Source of the DNA: Vitrella brassicaformis CCMP3155
Taxonomy: Eukaryota; Protista; Chromerida
DNA length: 64,000 nt
Assembly: GCA_001179505.1 (NCBI GenBank)
Contig: CDMY01000013.1
Span: forward strand, 148,527 to 212,526
Direction: 5' to 3'
The position numbers were made by a program, and so were the translations under genes. Below the pieces are notes generated by a model. It ran no database searches and was not told the origin of the DNA. It saw only the letters and a program-made list of their open reading frames with translations. This document shows positions 52,601 to 63,347 of this stretch, one piece after another. The stretch's first letter is position 1. Every line of letters begins with the position of its first letter.

Positions 52601-53422
52601 TAAGTCCTGTTAGTGCTGGTCCCTCCCGCAATAGGCAGGCCCGACTGGCTGACGTTGGGCACAGCGACAGGCAGCGAACCGATGCCAGCGTCTGCCGGTC
52701 TACTGGCGCAGGGAGTGGACGAATCCGTCTGAAGGTTGGTGGCCACCTTGAGAATCACCGAACTGTCGAACGGCAGTGAAGTACCTGCACAAGGAGGTGG
52801 ACATGATCTTCTTCGGGCGTGAATGCGCACGTGTGCATGCCTGACCTTCCACAGAGATTAAGCATGGGCTGCCGACCTCGCAGCTAATGCGCGAGTAAGA
52901 AGGAATGGCCCCTGCGACAAACAAATGTGTTGCCCTTGCTTATTTTCCCTCTGCAAATGGCAAGCCACGTACCAACGGCATCGAATTCACCATCGAACAC
53001 ATCGGCCTCAGATCATTGTACGGACACCAGCACATCTTGACCCTCCCGCTCTCCCCAAACACATAGCTCGCCCCGTCGACTCGTCCGCACATGATCCCGC
53101 TGCCGCCATGGGCCACCGAGGTGCACTCCATCTCCATCATCTCCTCGAATGTGCGTGGAAGAAAGAGAGAGGCAGGGACAGTCGGCCGGAAGGGCGGGCA
53201 ATCGTAGGCGGGATCTACGAGGATGATTCTGTCTGAGGTGTCTGAGAAGTTCCACGCCGTGATGAAGGGGTCCAGCTTGGGGATGAAGATGGAGAGAGAC
53301 TCGCCCACTGCCACTGTGAAGGGCCCCTGGAAGAGGACCTCGCGGGCGATCTCCTCATTTGGTTGCGCGTTAACGACGGGGTACAGTAGACAGATGAGCA
53401 TTGCAATGGCCAGTAAGGCCAT
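37653..53422 (-). CDS. Giant polycystin-1 (PKD1/REJ)-like membrane protein: signal peptide, Cys-rich tandem repeats, DUF4215-type repeats, PKD/REJ, GAIN/GPS, TM1, long cytoplasmic loop, about 4 more TMs
   Basis: Signal MALLAIAMLICLLYPVVNAQ. Repeats end in Y.(L/V)C(W/Y)C...F....G.(L/I).(V/L).G. CGDG..EEC..DGCS..C..E.G..C repeats. VIFDASASRG..LNYTWTI and HDPDLPLSYSFY (REJ-like). CRRW..W..GC..CQH (GPS). TM FFMLLAIIATIVMGLLLVI and KHHPW before TM2. Junctions from about 44100 down to the stop at 37653 were hand-checked and are in frame; the upstream junctions were not all checked. Confidence 0.75.
42363..42467 (-). other. GPS (GPCR proteolysis site) motif of the PKD1-like protein
   Basis: CRRWLPSKGQWAALGCRVLSVSAAGYTYGCQHEIS lies shortly upstream of the first TM helix. 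Confidence 0.75.
47150..48140 (-). repeat. About 3-4 Myxococcus-type cysteine-rich (DUF4215-like) protein repeats
   Basis: CGDGIVTGPHEECDQG..DGDGCSAQCTIEDGY; CGDGKVKGDEEC..GDGCSPTCRIELGYTC; CGNLLLTSTEQCE..GDGCSPACRVEQGWSC. Confidence 0.8.
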
Positions 53423-53600
53423 GACAGATCCAGGATTCGGACGCACGGGGCCTCGGAGAGTTCGTCTCATGCAGGCCCCCCCACGCCCCCAGTCTCGCGT
53501 CAAGGGAGCCCAGAGGGGTGGATTCCGTTTCTCGCCTGTGGTCTGTGTTGAAGGTCAAGTTGCATCCCTCTGTGTATCCATCTCTCACCGCTGACTCGGG

Positions 53601-55359
53601 ATGCTTGTCACGCTCTTCGCAACCCAGGCTGCAGCGATGCTGTCATCTCGCTCCGGCAGCGTCCAGCCAGTTGTTATCGCGGGAGGCGGCCCAGCGGGCC
53701 TTGCTGCAGCAATGATGCTATCTCGTCGGGGCTACTCAAACATCACAGTGCTGGAGCGGATGAGCGAAGATGAGTACCTCAAAGACACAGACAGGTAGGC
53801 GGTCGTTGTGAAGCGTGTCAAACGCTTTGGGTCAGTCAGATGACGCATACATACGTGTGTGCCACAGGACCTACGCCATGGCTCTCTTCCCTCGTGGGTC
53901 TGCGGCACTGGCCGAGATCGGCTTCACCCTGGACTTGGAGGAGGAAGGTGTCGACAATCACTTCGCTAACAGGACAAACATCCGCCCTGATGGCTATGAC
54001 GGCAGTTGGATGCAAACCAAGGGCAAGAAGGGCTTCTATGCGCTTGAGAAGGTGGCCAAGGAGGCCAGGGACAGGGGCAACAAGACAGACAACTTTCCAC
54101 TCACGGAGCTGCTGAAGCGACAGACCCTAACGCGGCTGCTATATAAGGATCTGATGGCCAAGTACCCAGGCGTGAACGCCGTCAAGATGGTCTTTGACGC
54201 GCAAGTGATCGGGTGCGACGTCGACCTGAGCAAGACTTCGGCGAGTGTGAGGTATCAGATTGCATCAGAGGCGGCGCCCAGGACAATCGATGCGCAGCTG
54301 GTTATTGCGGCCGACGGCATGAACTCACAGATCACACGAAGCATTCAGGAGGTGAGGAGCCGGGGGAACAGGCAGGGGAGGGGAGGTGCCTTCCCACCTA
54401 TGATTTCCCCTGTGAGTGTCTTGTTGCAGTCAGACCCAGCCTTTCGTCTGATTCGCCTCACAAACGAGAGCTATTTCGCGGGCTCCCCCAAGCGATACAA
54501 GGTGCTCGCCCTGCCGCCCTCCTTCGATGTGGAGGTCACGACTATCAAGAAGCCGCAGCGCCGCGGACTCGCTGCCCTCTTCAGAAGACGGCAGCCAGAC
54601 GCCCCTGTGGAGACGACGACCCGGCTGCACATGAGCCCCAGATGCCAGGTCGTCTTCACACCCGTCGTCCCCAAGAACGAGTCGTTCTCGTTTGGATGCT
54701 TCCCCACCACACAGAAGCACACCCGCGTGGCCAACCTGAACACGCCGCCCGACCATCCCATTCTCTCTCTCGCGTCCGGCGAGGAGCTCTTGCGCTACCT
54801 CGAGCGGTCGATACCGCAATGGCGCAACGTGCGGGAAGTGGTCCGCATGGACGAGGCAGAGCGATTTGTTCGAAAGAAGGTCGGCAGATACGGGACGCCC
54901 CAGTATGTGAATCAGCTGCATGTGGGCCGAGTGGCGTTCGTCGGAGATGCAGCTCATGCCTTCCCACCTGACTTGGGTCAGGGCGTGAATGCGGCTCTGG
55001 AGGATGTGGCCATCCTTGGCCGCTGCATGGATGGCGCAGACCAGCTGTCTGACGCCCTTCAGCTATACACCGGAATGAGGGGCCCCGATGCAGCTGCCAT
55101 TGCTCATCTGGCGCATCGCTGGCAGCTACTCTCAGCTACTGCATCCCTCTTTCGCAAGATACGCTGGAGAGGGGATTTCTTCTTGCGACTGTTGCTGAGC
55201 CGACTGCTGCCCTTCCTTTTCGACCCACCCGTGTACCTGATGATCACACAGAGGGAGCTGTCATACGCCGAGGTGTGGCGAAGAGCCAGGAGGACGTCTC
55301 GGCGGCTGGCATACGTTGCCACACTTGTGCTGCTGGCGCTGATCCAGGCCGTGTTGTAG
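53601..55359 (+). CDS. FAD-dependent monooxygenase, kynurenine 3-monooxygenase-like
   Basis: VVIAGGGPAGLAAAMMLSRRGY..LER, VIAADGMNSQI and VAFVGDAAHAFPPDLGQGVNAALED (class A flavoprotein monooxygenase fingerprints). It has a C-terminal hydrophobic anchor. Substrate not determinable; start uncertain. Confidence 0.85.
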
Positions 55360-55824
55360 TCGATCGACCGTGTAGTTGAGGTGTAGTGTGGGTGTGACGC
55401 CTTCTTGTGGCTGTTTTGTAGACATCACTATGGGTGGTTTCAAAGTAGCGGGCTTTCCCGCCTGGCCTGCATGATTGCGATTAAAAGATGACTATGGACA
55501 TCCGAAGCTGGACGTGTCTTCGTGTTTGTGCATAGGATGGGTGGGTCATTTCAGCTCACTTTCTATCTTGTTTATTGGGTGGGGATGACCGCCGCTGACT
55601 TTTGTTGCGAAGCTTCAATGAATGCGACAACGTACACACATGGATGTATTAATTCATCGCGACACATCAAAATGAAGGTCACCACGAGCACTGAGATTCA
55701 CCGTCTCCCATTTACAAGTACGCAGAACATGCAGGACACACTCTACAGAGGTAGGTCGACACCAGGCAGGCAGCAGCGAGTCGCGAGTAGTAGCCCCGAC
55801 CCCCATCCCCCACGGGGGCGTTGA

Positions 55825-57193
55825 TCACGTCACCCGCCCGTTGCCGCACACCACCACGACCACAGACGTGACGAATAGCGACAAGAGCAGGACGGTACAC
55901 GCCAGCTGCCTGGCGTTGAGCCGCCGGAGCCACTTGTCGCCCTCCTGGCTCTCAGGCCCACAGGCATCCTCACGGCAGCTAGGAGTGGACGGTGACGGGT
56001 GGCCCTTGAGGCAAAACCCATCACGCTTATCCTGATCGAAAGATGGATAGATTGACACAAGGCAAGACGACAGTGGTTGGGTTCCGTGCGGTCGGCTCAG
56101 CGTCATTCGTTCCTTACCCATTTCGATTCGTCGAGAAACTCCGGAAAGAGCTCGACGAACGTCTGCACCGACACCACGAAAGCACACGGGATGGTGGATG
56201 CCAGCATGTGTCCGTGTGTGTGCGCGAGGTGTTCTGACCTTGTTGGACTTGTTCTCCTCAAACGTCCTGAATGCAGCCAGCCAGCAACAGGGACACAGGC
56301 AACACACACTCAGCTCATGATCAATGACGCCATCCACGCATGCACAGCCTAACTCACTTGAGTGCGAGTTTCCTCCTGTGTGCAAAGCTGGAGAGAAGGC
56401 CGCCGGTCGTCCGCGGCTCTGTGGGGTCGGTCATGAAGCTGAGCAGACCCGTGAGAATCGACTCGATCCTCCAAGACGGATTCCAACTCTCCTGCACACA
56501 TACAGATGTAGACAGACGTGGACATCCACACATGACATTACACAGGTAGGCCGTACAGGATGGAAATCGGACATCGAAAGGCACAGCTTTGTGTTGATCT
56601 GAAAGCGACCTGAGAGAGAGATGAACAACCATCCAACCATACATGCCAGCCAACCAGACACACATCCACACAAACATGAACATGAGCCATTCTGTGGCAG
56701 TCTGCGATCCCGTGTGTGCACCACCGATGTGACAATACCATTGTTGGTGATCATGTAGATTGCAGGGGGGGCGAAGGGGTAATTCTGGGGGAACACCTGT
56801 TCAGGAGTCACGCGTCCCGAGTGAGTGCAGTGCAGCCTCATGTGTTGTGTATGTGTGCATCGTACGAGCTTGCCATGGTAGACACCGCCAGCGTATGCCG
56901 TATCCTTCGGCAAGTCGTGGCTGCCACACAGACACACACAGACAAACCAAACGAGGAGAGCAGATCAATCAGCATTGCCGCCATTCATGTATGTGTCCTG
57001 TGTGGATCTTACAGCACGTAGTGCCAGACAAACATGCTTGAAGGAGATGGTTTCACCACTATGTGCGGCACAGGGTCCTTCTCGAGCTGACAGCACACAC
57101 AGGGCAGGCCTCACCTCGTTACACCAGAGTCGTTGCTCTCGCCACTGCAGCGCTGACCTGATGCAACTCGCGGTTGAGCCTGCCCACCGCCAT
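55825..57193 (-). CDS. UBC6: Ubiquitin-conjugating enzyme E2, UBC6/UBE2J2 type (ER tail-anchored)
   Basis: RLNREL, PVPHIVVKPSPSSMFVWHYVL, YAGGVYHGKL, FPQNYPFAPPAIYMITNNGRFQINTKLCLSMSDFHPESWNPSWRIESILTGLLSFM. C-terminal TM LACTVLLLSLFVTSVVVVV. Confidence 0.93.
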
Positions 57194-57609
57194 GTTCCTC
57201 CTCAATCGACACTTTCCTTCTCCTCCTTCTCTACGCCCGCGATCCGGCATAAGCTCGCGTATAAGCTTGCAGGGGGAACAAGTGCGGAGCAGTGCTTTCA
57301 ATTGTCTTCCCTGTCAATCCATCCATCGGTCACCGACAGCCATTCAGGCGGCTAGCCGCCAAAAACAAACCACTTCCATTCGCACTTTCTCAGGCATTCC
57401 ACTTGCAAGCTGTCACTCACTCGCATTCACTCCCCATCCATTGCAAAGGATAACAGACGGCCATCCAGCCAGACGACACACGCCAAACTACACGCACTCT
57501 CGGCTGGGGGAACACCGAATTCTTCCGTTGTCTGTAGGTCTGTCTCTCTGTCTGTCTGTGTCTCTGCACTCGTGTGTGTTGCTGAATATGATGAATAGGA
57601 TGGTTACGG

Positions 57610-58001
57610 TCAGGCCTTTGTGGCGAGCAGTGGTTCTTCCTCGTTGTCGGCAGCCATGGCCTCGGCCAAGATCTCGTCTTGCTCGGGGTGCGGGTGGAAC
57701 TCTGGTTGAATGATACACGTACATAGATACACACGTATACACACACACCCGTGTTTGGACATGAGTGTGTGGCGTGTACATTGATTGACTGGCTGACTGA
57801 CCAGGCACGGCGATGGAAGAGCGTTTGAAGTGCTTCTTCCTGTCCTCCACGACGGCGGGAGGAGCGGGCTTGCGCTCCGCCGTGAAGGACACGTACAGGC
57901 AGAAGAGCGCCGGAATCACCGACAAAATGGGACCCAGCAAGCACCACAACCTGGGACACACAGAGCAAGCACCATATCCTGTCTGCCTCTGTGTGTCTGT
58001 G

Positions 58002-58042
<41 letters not shown>

Positions 58043-60124
58043 CGCTTGTCACTGACTTGTTGCAGTCGTCTCCCATGCAGAACTCGGCCGCGGGGTCCTT
58101 GTGCTTGTCGAACTGGGCTGCCGTGAACTTCGTGTAGAAGAAGTTGCCTATACACACACACACACGGATACACAGAACGTACACACGACAGTACATTGGA
58201 TTGGCTGTGTGTGTAGAGCATGGAAATGTATCGGTCACCGGGGATCATGCACGAGTATCCGATGGCAGTGACGAGGCCAAACTGGCGGACGTCGAATGTG
58301 TTGCGGACGTAGGCTGGCAGGGCCGCGTATGTCGACGCGTAGGAGAAGCCAATGCAGATGACCACGCCCCACACGAAGTTGCCGTCCAACATCACGATGC
58401 CAATCTGACAACAGGCACAGGACACAAGAGAGTGAGCCATGGAGACAATGGAATGCATTCAAGTGCGTCTCTTGTGTTATGTTGTGGTGTGCCTCCTGTC
58501 CGATGCCCATGAATGCGGTGACGATGGCGATGAACTGGAGGCGGCTGATGTACGCCTCGAGAATGTCCGACAGCATCCCGCCGCCCAGACGACCAACCAG
58601 CTCGGTGATGATGTACACCAACACACATGCGCCCCCACAGGTATCACGACTGAGAAGTTCCCCCCGTCTTTCGTGCCCTGGTGTCGACCTGCTGGGCCAT
58701 GTCGAGTGAGTTGTTGCGGCCCTCGACGTTGTACGAGGACACCACTGTCTTCATGGCGGCACCGAAGGCCATACCTGGACAGCAAGACCACATACATACA
58801 CAGTCAAAGCAGGCAGGATACAACCGAGTGCGCTCTTGGTTTGTTGCTCCGTGTGTCAGTGGCTAGGACGGCTGGTGGCATGGGTGCATTGCATGCCTTG
58901 TGCGGTTCCGAAGAGGTAGACGCACATGAGCATGTAGGCCTCGATCTTGGTGAAGACCTTCCAGGTGGGCTCAGGGGGCGTCGTCAGGATCGACTTGCGC
59001 TGCTGGGCGATAGTCACGCTCTTGCGGGCGTCCTCTTGGGCCTGAAGGCACGCAGGACCACCCAGCCAATCACAACGAATCAACGAATGGATGAGGTGAG
59101 CGACATCAAGAGGGCAGCGACACACCAGCCGGTAATGCTGACTGACCTTCTTCTGGGCGATGTACATGTTGTAGAGGATCGGCAGCACGATGGTGACCAC
59201 AACAGCAGCGACGGCTGACATATCAAGAGACACCACACGCAACCATCTTGCCCCTCCTTGGCATTGTGTGAGCACATTTCCTCCCTCGCTGTCTCCCCCA
59301 CTGGCTCACCGCTGATGATGGTCCATGTCCAGACGTATCCTTGGATGATGCCTCCGAGTTCACTTCGCATCTTGTCCAGCTCAGGGCTCTTGGGGTCGGC
59401 CTTCTTCAAGTCAGATATCTTGTGCGTCAGGTCCTCCGCCTTTGCCGAAAAGAAATGCGACCACAGGAATGTCATGAACATCGCGCCTAAAACAACACAT
59501 CACAACAGCGCAGGAAGCAGCGGCAGGTGCAGCCACTCAGAATGAACGGCTCAGCCGTGGTTGCTTCTCGCACTGCCTGGCCATACATGCAATGTCTGTG
59601 GGTGTTCGTACGTACCTGCGGAGTAGATGGCCAGCAGGACGCCGGACACGAGCCCCGAGCTTTTCGGCGGCCAGGCCTTGCCGTTCGTCCAGATGGCACC
59701 TGCAATGGACAAATTCCACACCATGCAGAGCATTCCCGCGTGTCTCCCAACCAAAGTTGAGTGCGCATCCTCCGTGAATGCCCAGGATCTCGAAGATGCC
59801 GTGGAGGTAGGCGTTGGGGTAGCTCACGAGGAAGAGGGCCTTCAGGGCGAGGCCGGCCGTGTTGATGATGGCGCCGTACAGCAGAATGCCAAAGGTCCCA
59901 AGAGCGTCGTAGACCATGCCTGCAGGGATGAGGAAGAGCCCGATACCGCCGATGGCCCAGACATTGCCGCTCTCGGCCGCCGTCCAGTCCGCGGAGGCCT
60001 TCCAGGCCTTCTTCATGTTGGAGTATATCTTGGGCGAGTTGGCCACGAAAGCTGAAAGGCCGCCCACCAACAGCAGGGCCACCAGCATCGCCATGTTGCT
60101 CTGCTGTGCTTTGGTGGCGGCCAT
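57610..60124 (-). CDS. Major facilitator superfamily transporter, nodulin-like (NFD4/MCH1-like)
   Basis: Multiple TM helices. Motifs IPAGMVYDALG, GRLGGGMLSD, GFSYASTYAALPAYVRNTFDVRQFG, and a late-loop CMGDDC typical of nodulin-like MFS. Stop TGA at 57610-57612. Confidence 0.85.
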
Positions 60125-60428
60125 TGTGAGTGAGGTGAGGAAGGTGAATGCAGGGAGGAACTAGTGCACTTGCTAGTGCAGAGCTACTTGGATGATGATG
60201 AGAGTAGAGGGGGGAAATAGCAATGGCACGGGGAGTCCACTGGGTCAAGAACAACACACGCGCATGCGATGGGGGCCCACTGCAATTTGAGACTCCGCAC
60301 AGCAACACAGCATTCTCTTTCTGCCCTCCTGGTGGACAGTTGCCTCTCCCTGCATCGCAGCCCTGGTGTTACCGTGTGTCTAGCCGACGTGTGCTCTCTG
60401 CCGCTTGAGACAATCTCAAAGACACACC

Positions 60429-63347
60429 ATGTACATCCAAGTGGAAGATGAGAATTCTGAATCGCATGCTACTCCCCGAGTCGTCACCCGAAGCCCCGAG
60501 GACGTGACGTGTTGCGAGCAGGGGCCTCTGTACGGCAAGAGCTGCCCCGATTGGTGCATCCCTGCATACGCTGGCCAGGACCTTGATGATGTCTTCAGCT
60601 ATGGAACAAGCAAGACCGTCAAAATCCGCGACCGTACGTGGGCGCACGCCATCAACACAACACAACACAACACAACAGAACAGAACACAAACCACACTCT
60701 CACCCACCAATCCAGGTCGTCTCGGGTACATTAAGATGTTCTTCATGACGTGCATCTTCCTCTACATTGTCGTGTGGCAAGTAAGAGAGCAGACAAACGT
60801 GTGTGTCTCCGTCTGCATTTATCGCCTTGATGGGTGGATGGGCCTTTCGCGCTGTCCCTCTTGTTGCTTCAGATGCTCTGCAACAACCAACACATGGAAG
60901 TGAGAACACACACGAAGGACATTTCATGTCTCCCCCTCCCTCTGCCATGTCGCATTCATATCTAGGTGGGCGACGTCAGGGGCGTCGTCCGGATGCAGCT
61001 GCAGCACCCCACGGCGCACCACTGCAACCCTCATAAGCCGACCTGCATGTCAAACTATACGAAGCTGTCAGAACTGCCCTACTGCAAGCAATACAAGGGC
61101 AAAGACAGACCGCACGTCAGAAAGGTAAGTACTTGTGCCCGGCAGGAAACCCCACAGTTTGCTTTGGAACTCGGTGATGGCCTCTGGTTGCAGGAGACAT
61201 GTGAGTATCGCGATGAGTACACTCTATCGCCGCTTGCATCTGCCGGCACAAACTCCTTTTTTGCAACCACACGGGTATGACAGCACAAAGGGGAGAGCTG
61301 GTCTGCTGGTATGCGTGAATGACCTGCCCTCCAGGTGTCGAAGCACGAGCAGCAGCGTGACTGCGATCCATTTGGCGAGGTCTGCACCAACACATTCATG
61401 CAAACACCACGGAACGCGTCTACGTCGCCGACATAGACAGGTATGTCCACACACAACCACAGACAACGACACATCAACATTCTCCAATCCCCTGCCCTTA
61501 GGTTCACCTTACTCATTGACCATTCATTCGAGGCGACACAGAAGGACTCGATGAAAGGATCAATGGTTGAGTACCAGGGCTATTGGGAGGCGTGCACTGG
61601 CGGCGGTGAGTGCCGCCGACTCAAAATACCCTGCCACGGGAAGCATTGCGACAAGAAGGACACCCCTCGGCACCCACTGCAGCCCCCCGATAAGGACGGT
61701 GGGTGGAGACACTTCCTGGGCCTCAAAGAGGAGAGGGCGATGGCAGACATAGACATGAAGGAGCCCGAGCGATACTGGGGGGACTACCTGACGGTGAGAG
61801 AGAGAGAGAGAGAGAGAGACAAGGATGGGAAAGTGAGCAATGAGCTTGCGAATGTGGGCGACTTTTGGCAGGACCTAGATGAGCTCGATGAAGTGGATCT
61901 CCATGACACGTCGCCAATCCCATGGCACGACTCCGAGGAGCTCCGAAAGTAAGCCACATGCTACGGGCGGGCGGAGGAGAAGAGAGACAAAAGAGGAGCA
62001 TCGCGTGCGTCTTCAGGTTCACCGAGAATCCGTCATCGATCATCCAGTGACATCATCATCATCCAGTGTACTTCCGTCATACCTTTACCTTGTCTTGTGT
62101 ACTTCCAGAATTCTGCCCGGAGACATCATCTCGCTCGGCCGGCTCCTCTCCTTCGCGGGTAAAGGCCAGCAGACAAGACGCTTTTACAACACAATGACTG
62201 GCATGTCCTGTCTCGTCAGGTGTAGACCTCGATTCGAATGTCAACCAGCAAGTGAGAGTGTCCTTGTGTATGGCACCCATTCGCACATCCACATTCTGTC
62301 AGGGCGAATCACGACGTGCGGAAGGCCTTGTACTGTCAATAACCATCAAATACACCAACCTCCGGCCCTTCATGACTTTGTTCCACGCCCCGATCGAATA
62401 CGTGTACTCCGTCCAGGTATGTGACTCGCTCGTCAGCAGCAAGCACTCCTTCCTTGTCTCGCTTGCTTCTCATCTTTGTTGGTGGTTTGTGCTATCGTCA
62501 AGCCCAGAAGGCTCCGTCTTACAAGACAGTAGAGACCGAGAAAATGTCGGACACACACCGCGTCCTCTACAATCGACATGGCATATTCATCGACGTATGA
62601 ATGCGTTAGCACGGCAGACACACAGCAGGCAGGGACAAACGCCTATGTCTCAGGTGCACCAGCAGGGCAACTTGGCGACGTTCAACTTCTCCCACATGCT
62701 GATTGTGTTGACAACCTCGCTGGCCCTGCTGGGCGCCGCCACGGCTTTCACGGGTCAGATGGCCGGATGCACTGACATTCATCGAATGACCACACACGCA
62801 CACCCACCATATGTGGCCTTCACAGATTTCTGCGCGGAGAGCTTGATGAAGCACTCGGACGAGTACAAGCAGGCGCGTGAAGAAGTAACCAAGGACTTCT
62901 CGGAGGAGGACACCCACTGTCTGTGCTGGTTCCGACCTGGCGAAGAGCCAAAAGACCAGGAGAAGGAGCTCGAGAGCCTAGAGGAAGAAATCAACAATAC
63001 AACTACCAGAGACGTACGTCAGTGAGGCGGCAGAGACACCGTCCTTGCAAGCCTTTCTGTCATGGATGCATTTACCTTGTGTTCACTGTTCAGCAAGTGA
63101 ACAAGGAGCTGCTTGAGAAGCTCGATAACGTCACCCACCCATACAACACCTGGAGAGAGGCGTGTGCGGTAAGCATATCCTGACGCCTCCTGTATTGTAT
63201 CCCTCTCTGTGTCTCTGTGTGTAGATACTGTTGGTTGAGGTGTCGGCGTTGAAGAAGAAGCTCAAGGCAGCCATCAAGGACCTGGATGTGCAGCAGCGTG
63301 TTGGCTTCTCTCGAAGTCCGACGGCCCACCGTGCCAGTCTCCTCTGA
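60429..63347 (+). CDS. P2X receptor (ATP-gated cation channel) homologue; one exon has an apparent 1-nt frameshift
   Basis: VFSYGTSKTVKIRD(R)RLG + TM1. Also FFATTRV, YVADIDRFTLLIDHSF, GDIISLGRLL..GVDLD, GLVLSITIKYTN, RVLYNRHGIFI..QQGNLATFNF and TM2 LIVLTTSLALLGAATAFTD. The tail is coiled-coil-like. Confidence 0.88.

Noticed and set aside
61794-61871. Arg-Glu repeat (VRERERERD) as a P2X protein feature
   Set aside because: It is a (GA)n tract inside a likely 78-nt GT..AG intron that happens to be in frame and stop-free.
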